Source: Camelus ferus (taxonomy: Eukaryota). Taken from it: a stretch of 64,000 nt of DNA. Numbering within the stretch: position 1 is the stretch's first letter; the number at the start of each line of letters is the position of its first letter. Location: NCBI RefSeq assembly GCF_009834535.1, contig NC_045696.1, positions 68,822,001 to 68,886,000 on the forward strand. The letters are read 5' to 3'. The notes under the pieces were generated by a model that was given only the letters and a program-made list of their open reading frames with translations, ran no database searches and was not told the origin of the DNA. Shown in pieces: positions 51,120 through 64,000 of this stretch. Position numbers and translations under genes: made by a program.

Positions 51120-54100
51120 GTTTTTTTTTCCCTCAGCCTTATTGAGATATAATTGACATATAATATTGTGTAAATTTAAGGTGTACAATGAATTTCTTTG
51201 ATGCACTTTTATATGTTGCAAAGTGATTACCACTATAGCCTTAGCTGAAACCTCCAATACATCACATAATTATCATTTCTTCTTTTATGGTGAGAATACT
51301 TACGATCTACTCTCTTACAGCTTTCAAGTATACAATACAATATTATTAACTATAATCACCATGGTGTGCATTAGATCCCCAGAACTTATTCTTATAACTG
51401 GAAATTTTTACCCTTTGATTAACACCTCCCCATTTCTCCCACCCCCCAGGCCCTGGTAACCACCACTCTCTTCTCTGTTTCTATGAATTCTGCTTTTTTA
51501 GAGTCCACATGTAAGTGATATCATACAGTATCTACCTTTCTCTATCTGATTTATTTCACTTAGAATGCCCTCAGGTTTCATTGATGTTGTCACAAATGGC
51601 AAGATTTTTTTCTTTCTCATGGCTGAATAATATCACATTATATACACATACACACACAAAATATAAAGATCTATATGTCACATCTTTAACCATTCATCTG
51701 TTGGACACTTAGGTTGTTTCCATGTCTTGGCTATTAGAAATAATGTTGCAATGAACATGGGGTGTAGATATCTTTTCAAAGTCTTGTTTTCATTTTCTTT
51801 TTTATTCCCAGAAGTGGGATTGTTGGATCCATGGTAGTTCAATTTTTAATTTTTTTGAGAACCTCCATATTGTTTTCCATAATAGCATCACCAGTTTACA
51901 TTCCCACCAACAAATAGTGCACAAAAGTTCCCCTTCTCTGCACCCTTGCCAACACTTGTTACCTCTTTTTGATGAGAGCCGTTCTAACAGGTGTGAGGTG
52001 ATGTCTCATTGTGGCTTTGATTTGCATTTCCCTGATGATTACTGATGCTGAGCACCTTTTCATGTACCTGTTGGCCATTTGTACATTTTCTTTGGGAAAA
52101 TACGTATTCAGTTTTTCTTTCCTCTGCCAATTTTTAAATTGGATTGCTTGTTTTTTGCTACTGAGTTGTATGAGTTCTTAATATATTTTAGAATATTAAC
52201 CCCTTACCAGATAGATAATTTGCAAATATTTTCCCCCATTCCATGGATTGCCTTTTCATTTTGTTTATTGTTTCTTTTAATATGCAGAAGCCTTTTAGTT
52301 TTATGTAGTCCCACTTATTTTTGCTTTGTTGTTTGTGCTTTTGGTGTCATATCCAAAAATTTATTGCCAAGACCAATGTCAAGGAGCTTTTTCCACGTTT
52401 TCTTCCAGGAGTCTTATGGCTTCAGTTCTTATGTTTAAATCTGTAATCCATTCCGAGTTAATTTTTTTTGAGTAGTCTAAGATGGGGGTCCAGTTTCACT
52501 CTTCTGCATGTGAACAGAATGGTTTTTCCAACATCAGTTTTTGAAGAGACTGTCCTTTCCCCATTGAGTATCTTACAGCCAGTGTATAGTTTGTGTGTGT
52601 GTGTGTGTGTGGTTTTAAGCCATCCAGCCACTTGATGTCTTGACTGAAGAAGTCACCGTTTACATTTAGAGTAATCATTGATAGGTACCGACTTATTAAT
52701 GCCATCTGACTGTTTTCTGACAGTTTTGTAGTTCCCTCATTCCTTTCTTCCTCTCTTGCTGTCTTCCTTTGTGAATTGACGATTCTCCTTAGTGGTAAGC
52801 TTTGATTCGCTTCTCTTTAGCTTTGTGATTCTACTGTAGGTTTTTGCCTTGTGGTTTCTGTGAGGCTTATAAAAAACATTTTATGTATGTAAGTAACAGT
52901 CTGTTTTATGCTGATAAGCATTTTAACTTCAACAGCGTGCAAAATTCTACCCTTTTACTCTCTGCTTTTATGTTTCTGATGTTACAATTTACATCTTTTT
53001 ATATTGTGTATTTATTAACAAATTGTTGCTATAGCTATTTTTAATACTTCTGTCCTTTAACCTTTATACTTAAGTAGTTAAGTAGACTTAAGTAGTTAGC
53101 ACACCACCACATTACAGTATTAGAGTATTTTGAGTCTGATTATAAGTTTAACTTTACCCCAGTGTGTTGGATGCTGTCATGTTTTCATGTCACTAATTAG
53201 CATCCTTTCATTTCAGCGTCAAGGACTTCTTTCAGCTTATCTTATAAAGTAGGTTTAGTGGTGATGAATTCCTTCAGCTTTTGTTTATTAGGGAAAGTCA
53301 TTATCTCACCTTTATTTCCGAAGCAGTTTTGCTGGGTAGAGTTTTATTGGTTGGCAATTTCTTTCTCTCAGCAGATACATTTGAATATATCATCCCATTC
53401 CTTCCTGGCCTACAAGGTCCCTATTGAGAAATCCACTGATAGCCTTGTGGAGTTTCTCTTGTATGATTTTTTTTCTCTTGCTTCTTTTAAAATTCTCTCT
53501 TTGCCTTTTATTTTAGACAGTTTTGTTTTAATGGGTCCTGGATAAGACCTCTTGGGTTGAAATTTTGGGGTGACCTATTAGCTTCATGGACTTGGATGTC
53601 CAGATATTTCCCCAGGTTTGAGAAGTTCACAGATCTTACTTCTTTCAATAAGCTTTTACCCCCTCTTTTCCTTCAGGACTCCAGTCTTGTACATTATGTC
53701 TTTTCATGGTGTCCAGTAAGTCCCTCAGGCTCCTTTCATTCTCTTCTCTTTTTGCTCCTGTGATTGGATAATTTCAGTTAGTCTGTCTCTTACTCACTAT
53801 TCTGTCTTCTGCTTGGTCAAGTCTTCTATTGAAGCTCTCTGTTGAATTCTTCAGTTCAGTTATTGTATTCTTCATCTCCAAAATTTGTTTGGTTCTTTTT
53901 TATGTTTTGTATCTTTTTGTTGAACTTATATGTTCTTGTATTGTTTTCCTGATATCATTAAATTTTTTGTCTGTGTTCTCTTTTAGCTCTCTGAGCATCT
54001 TGAGAACAATTATCTTGAATTCTTCATCAGACAGTTCCTGGATCTTCATTTCTCTGGGGCCAGTTACTGTAGGTTTACTGTATTCCTTTGATAGAGTCGT

Positions 54101-55535
54101 GTTTCCCTGATTCTTCATGATTCTGGTAGCCTTGTTTAGGTATCTGTGCTTTTGAAGAATCAGTGGCCTCTTTCAAACTTTATGGGCTGACTTCGGTAAG
54201 GAAAATTTCACCTGTGAGTGAGGGTACACCGAGGGATACTGTGATGCCAGGGCTAGTGTGCAGGGTTCCAAGTATGTGGCAGCACTAGGTCCAGCAGGGG
54301 CATACCGTCTCTTCAGTTCACATCACTGAGCTTCCCAGCATCAACAACTGTATGTCCTCAGAAAGGACTGTAGGGAGTATGCAGCAGTTACAAGAGCTCT
54401 TGGGGTCCTCAGCGGTGCCTCCAGGTTCAGCAGCTAGGGACCAGGGCAGGCATTGTGGTGGTGTGCACACACTCAGCTGTGGGGACCAGCGGCAGGTGCT
54501 TCTGTCATGGCAGGAGCCAGTTGCAGATACATACATGACGGGGGCCAGGACGGGCAGCAAGGGCCAGAGACAACTACAAGCTCACTGGCAGCTCCTGGGC
54601 GCCGGCTATCAGCATGCTCTCTCATGGCTGCATAATCTTCCCCTGGGTGTGTGAACTGCAGCGAAGACTGATGAGGGTGTACAGGTGCTGGAGGAAAAGC
54701 ATGTGCAGGTAAGCTCTGTGGTTCAGGCCAGTGACATAAGACAGGGCCTGATCTGGGCCCACAAGTAGTGCACACTGCAGTGAGGGCCAGCGATGGATGT
54801 CAGTCTAGCATCATAATAATGAACCGGAGGGGCTCGCTCTCAGTGCACACACAGCAGGGGACAGCTACAGGGGTCCAAGCCAATGTTTCGCACTAGTACA
54901 GCCTCAGATGCCAGAGCTGGCTGCCAGTGCAGTTCTCAGGCTCTGATGGGAACAAGGGTTAGTAGGGGGTGATGGAGCAGGGAGGGATCCAGGCAGCTGG
55001 CATCAGCGAACACAAACACCTGTAGGACAAAAGCTGGTGAAATCTGCAGGGAGTCTGTGACACCTGTGCTGGCCATTGGCTCTTATTCAGTGGCCAAAGG
55101 CACTGTGTTTGTCTGCAGAGCAGGTCACTGAACTGTGAGCACTCCTGCTACATGGCTGCTTTTGTTCGGAGCCACCTGTATACATCTCAGCTTCGCCTGT
55201 CTGTAGGGTGAAACCTAAGTAGGTTGTTTGTGTGGTACCCGAAAGGTTGGAGAAACTGCTCACCCCACTATTCCTTTCCTAGCAAGGGGAACTCTTTCTA
55301 GCTAGGACGTTACCTCTTGGCACTGAGAAGTGCCAGCTCAGGGGATAGGATGATGCAGGCAGAATGAAACTAATTTTCTCAGGGCTTTTGTTCCACCATG
55401 TGCTAAAATTTCTTAAGTGGAATCCAGAACTCTCCCAGAGCTATTTTTGTTCATGGCCGGCTTTCTAATTATTAGTCTTTGTGTGGGGATAGGGTTTGGG
55501 GTCTCCTGTGCCACCATTTTGGTGCCATCACTCTC
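51120..55535 (-). mobile_element. L1MA-type element with both ends and an internal ORF2 deletion near 52575
   Basis: PolyT at 51121; ORF2 3' motifs; ORF1 MKIQELSDEEFKIIVLKMLRELKENT 53900-54118; 5' terminus (rc gatggcaccaaaatgg) at ~55530. Confidence 0.85.
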
Positions 55536-57484
55536 CTTGTCACTATTGTCAGTATTATCTTTGTAGGTCCGTCACAGAACGAGGCACAGTGTATGCACAC
55601 CAGTATTCATCAGTGGAATGGATGGGTGGATGAATAAAGGAACAAATTTAATATATTTTAAGTTCTAAAACAAGAGGGTATAAAGAGACAGCTAGTAGGA
55701 CTGGTGGGCACTATATTCAAAGAGCTTTAAATGAACGTTAGCTCTAGACTAGAGTCTGTCCTGTGAAGGTTGCTGAGTTGGCAATAGCAGAAACTTCAAC
55801 GTAAGGACAAATTTAGGAAGTGTTACCACTCCTGAGTAGTGAGCTGGCAGTGTTGGTGTTCTTCCAGCTGGTAAACATGAAATACCGCTCTGTGGCTTCT
55901 GATGGAATTCACCATGCTCTGATGAGAAATAACTCACATGTCTGAAACTGAAGGTAAAAAAGCTGAGATTACTAACTTCCAGCCCAGTATAGCAGACAGT
56001 GAGAGCAGCATGGCCACCACAGGCCAGACCGCCAACTCCCTTCACTTGGTAAGCACCGCCTGGAGCACTATAAGCCACTACAGTTGGATGGCTTTATTGT
56101 AAAAGGGCTTCTCTGTGTTTGTGCTTTCGCCCGGAACTCTCGGTTGAATACGGCTTTCTTACTCAGTGCTGCCAAGGCCACCCGCTTTCGCTGTGCAGTA
56201 TGTTCCAAGAATGGGATATTTCCTGTTGGGAAAAAAAGGTATTCATGTAAAGACCTAGCAGATACTTCCCTTTTGATCTGCTTCCACAGAGATTCAAGAA
56301 GGTTCACAGCCTTTGTCTCAACCTAAGCTTGCAGGGTGTAACGGACTTCCAGCTGCTTTCGTGTCTGTGCCTGAGACTGGTCCTTTTCCATTTATCTAGT
56401 CATGCCTCAGGACAGACCTTTGACAAACGGGTCTCAGAGCTTCCCGATAAAAAGCTTTATGTAACTTTTCCCCACCTATTTTAAGACTCCTTCAATCTTT
56501 CTTTGGCAAGAGGTAGAAACAAACATCTGAGGAAGCACAGTGTGAGCTTTGGGCGATGCCAGGGCCTGAGCTTTCAGCCCTGACCCTGTTTACTCTCTGG
56601 GCAGGCCCAACTGTAGGCTGCTCCGGGGCAGAGATGTTGTCACTAGACGCAAACACACACCTCATCACCTCAGTGAGATAGACCAGATCTCACGTCGCAG
56701 AGAGTGGGTCCCTTTTGTAGCTAAGGTCTTTAAAAAGTCAGTTACTCAAAGCAGCCACACTACTTTGCGGCTTCCACTATAATGTTGCCCCTGATTCCCG
56801 TCCTGGCTGACCTATGCCTGTTCACACACATGCACAACCATATGGAACTTTTCTGTCAGAGCCCATTTTGCTTCCCCAAATTTCGCATGTTGCTTTGACC
56901 TTGTTTTTCTTTTTTAATTGAAGTGTAGTCAGTTACAGTGTGTCAATTCCAGCCCCCTCAAAGCTCTACCCAAGGAGGACTGAGAGGAATTGGTCTAAAG
57001 TGGATCTGTCTTCAAGACGGCCATCACTTTCTTCTTCTTTTCCTCTTCTGTGAGCGCCAGTGCCAGGCACCAACCATTCTTGCTGCCAGCCCTTACACCA
57101 AGTTCATTGTTGTCAGGCTGCAGACTGCACGCCACACTGCGTTTTCAGTACCCCATAGATGTTTCAGGAAATAAGAACTTACAAGGTCATCTCATACTGT
57201 CACTACAGTCCTCTCCTGTTCCACAGGACAGGCTGTAGGACAGTCAGCATCTGATCCCCTCCCACTGGGCCCCTTAAGCTTGAGCGAGGCGGGTTCACCC
57301 CAGCTCTGTCCCCTCCCCTTTGGATGAGGCCCTTTCTGGAGCCTCTTTACCAATGAGGCAAATAGAGACCCATAGGATCCCTTCTCCCATCTCTGAGACA
57401 GAGCCAAATGGTTGAATGAATCCAGATTCGGTGTAAGGGAAACTCCTATAATATTTATTCACTTCAACTTTTAATGAAGAGATA

Positions 57485-58710
57485 CTTCCATTTCTGGCCG
57501 AGAGAGAGTAGAAGAGACTTGATTTACCCTCCTGAATGAAATAGCTAAAGAACTACAAAAAATGCAGAATAACAGTTTTGAAGACATTGGATGTCAGACA
57601 ACAGAGAACAGGGATCCTGAGAAATGAGAAACAAAAGAGCTTAGGAGCAGTACCTGAAAAGAACAGATGGTTTGCCAGGAAACTTACTTGCATCCCAAGC
57701 AAAACTCAAAAATATTGATCAGACTACAAAAATATCTAGCACCCAAAAAGAAAATATTTATATCTGGCATCCAGTCTAAAATTACTGGGACTTGAAAAAA
57801 AAAAAAAGCAGGAAAAAGCGACCCATAGAAAGGAGGAAAATCTACTGAAACTGACCCAGAAATAAAACAGTTGGTATTATTAGTAGATAAGATCATTAAA
57901 AGTTGCTAAGAGTGTATTTTATATTTTCAAGAAGGTAGAGGAAAGATGAAAACTGCAATATCTCAGATGAAAAATACTTGGGTAGAATTAACGGCAGACT
58001 TGACATTGCAGAAAAGTCCGGCAAACTGAAGATGTAATACCAGAAACTATCCAAGATAAAACAGGAGAAAAATAGAATTTTAGAAAATAAAAAGAGCATC
58101 AGTGAGCTATGGGGCAGCATTAAGCAACCTACCATTCATGTGATTAGAATTTCCAAAGATGAGAGAGGAAGAGAAAAAATGTTTGAGGAAATCATGGCCA
58201 AAATTTTTCCAAATTTGATTGAAAGTATAAACACACATATCTAAGAAGTTCAAATAACTCCAAGCAGAAGAAACAAAGAAAACTCCTGACTACTGTGGGT
58301 AGTTTGGTAGGTGCGGCTGGTCCCAGATCCAGCTGGTTGCCAGGCCCTGCCTGTTGCTGTGGCTGGTGGGTGGGACCAGGTCAGGAGCTGTCTGGCTGCA
58401 GGGGCCCTAGGGGACCCCAGGGCTGGTATTGGCCCACTAGTGGGTGGAGCCAGGTTCTGGGGTGGGTGGTTCCTGACACAGCCAGCTGCGTTAAAGATCT
58501 GGAGGCATTTTTATGATATATTTTTAAATTAAAAAAAAAAAAGGACATGGTCTTAATTGCACAAAATAGATCTATTTTAAAATAGAATTGGGCATTGTCA
58601 GTAGGATTATCTTTGGATGATAGGATGGAGGAGATGGGACCTTTTCCCCTTTATGATTTTGTGTTTTGATAATGAATATATATTACTTTTATAACCAGAA
58701 AAAGCATTTC
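57485..58710 (+). mobile_element. Old L1 5'/ORF1 and 3' fragments
   Basis: agagcatcagtgagctatggggcagcattaag..aaatttttccaaatttg ORF1 signature. Confidence 0.75.
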
Positions 58711-60336
58711 CCTTAAAAAAAAAAAAGATATTCCTGCCTATTCCTCAAGACTGTCACCCATTAAGGCTCCCCATATCTCTTTCAGAATGAATCTTTCTTC
58801 TATGAGTTCATTATCGTGCTTTACCGTGTATGATCATACATGCCTTCGTACTTGGCATTTGCATAGTATTTTTCTTCTCTGTAGTCATAAGTGCATGCCT
58901 AATAGCAATAACCCTACTTTCCAGGTTTAGCTTTCCAGAGAATGGTGTCTGTCTCTGTCCTCTCACTTGAACCTGATAATACTACACCCAGACAGGGCAG
59001 GCCCACTCTCCCAGACTCTTGACCTCTTGGAGGGCGGGTGCTGTGAGTCTTCATCACTGTCTCCCAGTGCCATTCACAGTGGTGCTCACTGTGCACTTGC
59101 TGGACTGAAGGGAATCCCTATTCCCTTTATAAACTTGTTTCCCAGTCAGTCCTGAGACGGACTGGATGGCAGCTTGAAAACACTGGATGATGGAGTTTCA
59201 TGGGTGCAGGTGAGACCTTTTCCTCTCCTGAAACTGATGCCATCATCCCAGCCCATAGGGGTGAATTTTCTGGGTTAGACTATTCCAGCCCCAGATAAAG
59301 TGGAAAGTGTTCCTAGGGCCACAGTGCACTCCCCGTCACATCACAGCACATCCTGGAAGGCTGCCCCGAGGGTCACAGGGGAAGTAGAAACCAAAGCCAC
59401 AGGGGAGCAGGGGGCTGGGACTAGGGTGGGGGTGGCAGAGTCCTGGAGCACCTTCTCCCCTTCCTGCTTGTGGCTGCAGAGCCGTTCGTGGAGTGGCTGA
59501 AGCACGAGGCCAGGCTGTGGCGCATTCTGTAAGAACAGAGAGCATGGAGCTGGGCTTGTGTCAGTTCGGAGAGCTCTTGGTGGGGTGGGTGTGGAGGTTG
59601 CAGGGGAATCTCTCTCTATTGTCCTTCGTCTTTGTGGCTTATGTCTTCTCTGAGTGGCTGGTGTGGTCAAGAGGAGCCAGGGTCTCATTTTTCCTCCCTC
59701 ACCCCTGTCATACCTGGTAGCACGCTAGGAACCTGGGGCAAGACAGCCTGGGGAGGTTGCAGAAGCTCCCCTCCAGGCCTGACCAGAGAAGCCCAGTGCC
59801 ACCCCAAGGCCCAGCTCACCAGGGCCTACAGAGACTTAAGGCCACTGGAAATTTGGCAAGCACAAGTCTGTTTCCAAACTAATTGAAATCTATTTTTCTG
59901 TCATTCCTATTTTAAGCCCCCATTCTCTTAAGATTCAGGCAGAAACCTAACTTGGTACATCTGAGTTCCAGGGAACTTGCAACCGTAAGGCATTAGGTGT
60001 AGGGGTCAGGGAGTATAGTCGTCCGTGTTATCTGGCCTCTCAGCACTGCTCAGGGGTCCCACATTCACCATCTCATCAGGAAGGGGCATTCACTCAGCTG
60101 CTTCTCTGCCTCTCCAGGCATGGGATCTCTTCAAGGCTGCCTAACATCCCATCTGCCTGGGCCCTGTTCAGCCTCACTCTCCAAGGATTTGCTGGTCCTT
60201 CCAAGAGCTGTGGCTGGGGACAGGGCCCAGAGCCCTCCCTCTAGGCCCTGAGACAGCCATGTTCCTCTCACTGTCCTTTCCAGCCCGTCCAGGGGACTCT
60301 GCTGTAGTTGGGGAGTTACAAGCAGGGGTGGGGTGG

Positions 60337-60760
60337 TACTTTTATTTACTAGAGCTGCCATAACAAAGTACCACAAACTGGGTGGTTTCAACAGCAGAAA
60401 TTTGTTGTCACGGTCCAGGAGGCTAGAAGTCCAAGATCAAGGTGTCAGCAGGGTTGGTTCCTTCTGAGAGCTGTGAAGGAAAATCTTCCACGTCTCTCCC
60501 TTAGTTTCTGGGGGTTCACTGGCCATCTTTGGTTTGTACAAGAATCCCCCCGATCTCTGCTTCTGTCTTCACTTGGCATTCTCCTGTGTGCATGCCTACC
60601 TCCAAATTTCCCCCTTTTTATAAGCACACCAGTCATGTTGGATTAGGGGCCCACCTTGCTCCAGCAGGACCTCATATTAACCAGTTACTTCTGCAGTGAC
60701 CCTATGTCCAAAGGTCACATCCTTCGTTGAATTTTAGGGGGACATAGTCAACCCATAGCA
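60337..60760 (-). mobile_element. MLT1B-like LTR
   Basis: gctgccataacaaagtaccacaaactgggtgg..aagtccaagatcaaggtgtcagcagg. Confidence 0.88.
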
Positions 60761-61230
60761 GGGGCAGTTCATAGGAAAGAGGAATTAGTTTTTCTCCCCT
60801 TACTCCTGCTCCCCTTCAGGTTTTGTATCTAAACAGTTTGGCTATTCCAGGGGGACATCACTGACTTGACATCATTCCTTTAAGGGTTTTAGGCTTTTGG
60901 AAACCAAGGTGAAGACCTTCCTTTCATTCTGCTTTCTGCCCTACTGCAGCCCTTCCCAGAGGTGTTGGATGAACAACAGGTTAGTTACTTGAATCTGAGC
61001 AAAAGGAAGAAGAGTCAGTAAGCTGTCGCTATCTCAAAGATGCTGTCCTGCCATGGTAAGTAAGCATTCCTCCTCCTGCAGAACTGAGAAGAGGCGAGGG
61101 CCAGAGGAGCTGGTGGGGGAGGATTTGGGGATTCAGGATTCCAGCTGTGCCCTCTTTGGAGACAAGAATTAACAATGAGAAGTCGTTCCCTTAGCAAGTA
61201 AGGAAAGAGGGACAAGCTTTTTAAAAAACA

Positions 61231-61236
61231 TTTATT
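61231..61236 (-). terminator. Polyadenylation signal of ST6GAL1
   Basis: tttatt on + equals AATAAA on -, followed by U/pyrimidine-rich sequence. Confidence 0.75.
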
Positions 61237-61994
61237 TTAAAATTTTACATAATCTTTGGGTCATTCAGAATTCACTTAGGCATGTTTCTGAGATTGACGT
61301 CTCAACCCCAAACCAGTATCAATAGCTTATTTAATTGGTGGAAGGATTTGAGGGCCTCATGATACAAGATGAAGAGATGGATACTGAAGGAGACAGAACC
61401 CCTTAGAGACAGGGGCTTTCCTGCAGAACTCACTCACAATTTTAAAATTATCTATCACAGTATTTAGCATCTAACCAGTCTAACAATAATGTCCACATCT
61501 TATTTGTATTTTACCAGCTTCTATATAAAGCACAGAATTAAAAAGTCCTATAGCCCTCAGAATCACACTTAAATTAATTTGATCCCTTATCTTAATAATA
61601 ATTAAAAGCTAGCATCTACCCAGTGTAGTCTCAGTGGGCACACCAACATCTCTCTCCTGATGATGGAATGCCACCTTCCTCTGCACTCAGTGCTCATGAC
61701 TCAGACTGCCAGGAATCCGTGGGCCCAGAGATGAGGCCACCTGCAGCCCTATGCCCTGCCCATCCCCAAGCAGATCAGGCCTGGGCTGCAGGCAGGGAGC
61801 AGGACGGGCACGTTGTGCACCCTCCACTGCCTTGGTTTCCTGGGTGTTCCAAGCAGGGTAGTTGTTGTCTCCCACTAGGTCAGTTAATTCCCTGAGGAAA
61901 GGGCCTCATCTCTGGCCTCCTTTGAATCAGGGTGCTGCCCAGATGTGAGCACAGAGCAGGTCCCTAGTAAAAGAAGGGAGGATCCAGCATGTAC

Positions 61995-62150
61995 TGGGCA
62001 CCAGCAATGTGCCGGGTGTTTCATGCAATCCTCACGACAGCCCTGTGAGGCAGGCTCACCACCCATTTTACAGATGTGGTAGCAGAGCTAGTAATAGGGG
62101 AGCATCACTTTGAAAACCCAAGGCTCTTCACTCCACGGCTTTTTCTACTG
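61995..62150 (-). mobile_element. MIR within the ST6GAL1 3' UTR
   Basis: aatcctcacgacagccctgtgagg..cccattttacagatg. Confidence 0.7.
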
Positions 62151-63713
62151 CCCGTGTAAGCCAGTGGTTTGGCAGCCAAAGAGGACTCCAGCTCCACAAT
62201 GGCTGGTTTGGAGCTCAAACATTCAAGGCCCTTGAGCACATGGGGCGAGCCTCAGGGGTCCAGAAGCCTGTTCCAGTCCAGTGTGGGTCCCCGTCAGGGG
62301 AGGGGACTTAGCACAGTGGTCCAGGAAGTGTGTGGACAGACTACAGCTGGCAGGCCCCCTGCCCAGAGACTCTGAAGTCCCTCCCTCGCGGGAGGGGTGG
62401 AGGGTGTGGCACTCTGATACCCTGGTGAGAATCAGTCATGATCTCCCAAGGTTCTGACCTCTGAGAGTGACTTTAAGTCCTAGGGGACCACATCCCCACT
62501 CCCTGAGAGACCTTTCACAGAAGGCTCATGAAGGTCAAAGAGATTGGGTCAGAATATTTTAAAGTGGAAAAGGCTTGAAAGTGATTTGGGAATGGGGAGG
62601 CTACTTTAAAGGGAAAAACGAGATGGCAGTTAGGAGGAGGTTTGGGGGTGGGTGTCAAAAAGGAAGAGATGGATGCGGTGCACACACGTAGCTTGCAGGC
62701 AAGGGTCAGGCCAGGCGAGCCTGGGGAAGTCAGGGTTTTGGCACCTGGCTGGCCTGGCACCTGCTGTGAAGCTGCACTTGCTGCCTCAGACGTGAGTAGG
62801 GGGCTTCCTCAAAAAATCACTTGAGCCTGTAAATTCAGGCAGATCTTAGAGAATAAATATGGGTCATAAAGGAAAACACATCTCAAATGACTCAGATAAA
62901 ATCTAATTGACATGTTTTCCTCTTCTAAAATCCACTCCATAGCCTCCTCCCTCCGTGAAGCCCTCTGTGACCCACCACACAGGAAGTGGGCGGTCCCTCC
63001 TGCGTGCAGACACACAGCAAGCCCACCACCCTAGAAGCCCTCAGCTCGCCGAGCACTGAATCCTACCTGAGCTGGGAGCAACTTGAGGCTGGAGACCGGA
63101 TCTTTCTTCCTGTAGTCTCATCTCCTCTTGTATGGACCCAGGCCACGGGCCACCACACCTGCCAGAGCGATGGAACACTGCCTCTCCCAGGGCATGGGCC
63201 CCGGGAGCAGCTTTGTTCTGGAGCAACTGAGCCTGTTTCCTAGACCCTGTACAGCATCCTTGCCCCACAGAGGCACCCTGTACTGGGTACAATCATAATT
63301 TGGGAGAGTTTCTTTACAACATGAAATAAGTGTCTAGGCACAGATTTCAAGCATTGCAGAGCCCTGGTTTGTGAGAATGCCATTATACTGGTGGGAAAAG
63401 CAGCCCTGGTGGGAAAGGCGGACCCTCCCTTTACCTGTACGGGAAGAGGGGCAGACCGTGTCTGGAAGGAAGTGGCAAGTATGTGTGTGCATGTGAGGGG
63501 TGACAAGCTCTGGGCTCACACACTCCTGTGGCAAAAGTTCAGGCTGGGCCTGGGTCCCTGCCCTTAGGATCTGGAAGCCCCAGAGCTCCTGCCAGAAGGC
63601 CTAGAGTGCAGGCTGTGATTATCTGGGAACATGGTCTTCCCCGGGCCACGGTGGCCAAGAGTCCAGCTGTAAAAAGCCCGATGGAGAAGGATGAGGGAGC
63701 CTGGCCAGAGAGC

Positions 63714-63961
63714 TTAGGCTCCACAGCGAATGCTCCGGAAGCCAGGCAGTATGGCTTTCCCCAGCAGGTAAATGTCCTCGTCTGTGCCCCGGTTGAGGTG
63801 CTTCACCATGTTCTTCTCGAAGAGGAGCGGGTGGTAGGCGCCCATCGTGCAGGCGCTGTCGAAGAACTTCTGGTAGTAGTAGCACACGTCGGTCTTGCGC
63901 TTGGAGGGGAGGAACTCATAAATATCCACCTGGTCACACAGCGTCATCATGATGATGATGC
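63714..63961 (-). CDS. ST6GAL1: Last coding exon of beta-galactoside alpha-2,6-sialyltransferase 1 (gene continues beyond the window end)
   Basis: Translates (G)[81 protein letters not shown]: end of sialylmotif S, motif III (YYY) and motif VS (HPLLFE). Pyrimidine-rich acceptor cctctgctcccctccctag abuts 63961, phase 1. Confidence 0.98.
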
Positions 63962-64000
63962 CTAGGGAGGGGAGCAGAGGTGAGTCCCGCCCAACGACCA

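Larger units (their letters stand above)
61213..63713 (-). other. ST6GAL1: ST6GAL1 3' UTR (~2.5 kb)
   Basis: Runs from the stop codon to an AATAAA in an AT-rich terminal block; length is similar to the long human UTR. Cleavage site is estimated. Confidence 0.8.

Noticed and set aside
63528..63965. 145-aa plus-strand ORF
   Set aside because: Antisense shadow of the GC-rich ST6GAL1 exon; no recognisable protein.

Overview
Mammalian genomic DNA, almost certainly camelid (two tRNA-Ala-derived vic-1-type SINEs). The only clearly intact protein-coding sequence is the last exon of ST6GAL1 on the minus strand (CDS 63714-63961, ~2.5 kb 3' UTR, polyA signal at 61231-61236). The rest is the interval downstream of ST6GAL1, which in human carries RPL39L and then RTP1. 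It is dense in L1, L2, MIR, MaLR/ERVL LTRs and hAT MITEs, with a 5'-truncated RPL26 processed pseudogene (40378-40697) and a CpG-island promoter (~23900-24600) that has no RPL39-like CDS I can find behind it. Main hypothesis, from by-eye alignment of very decayed sequence: the non-repeat gaps between ~7 and ~40 kb hold a fossil cluster of three or four dead SCAN/KRAB genes with exons in canonical ZKSCAN order. Unit A (+) is SCAN-KRAB followed by a Charlie/Buster hAT transposase with a polyA signal, possibly a lost host-transposase fusion. Unit B (+) is SCAN-KRAB-C2H2 and still owns the CpG promoter. Unit C (-) is SCAN-KRAB-C2H2 with a class III ERV bearing a gamma-type env remnant in its last intron. 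Unit D (+) is weaker. None of these were checked computationally; repeat subfamily names and boundaries are approximate.
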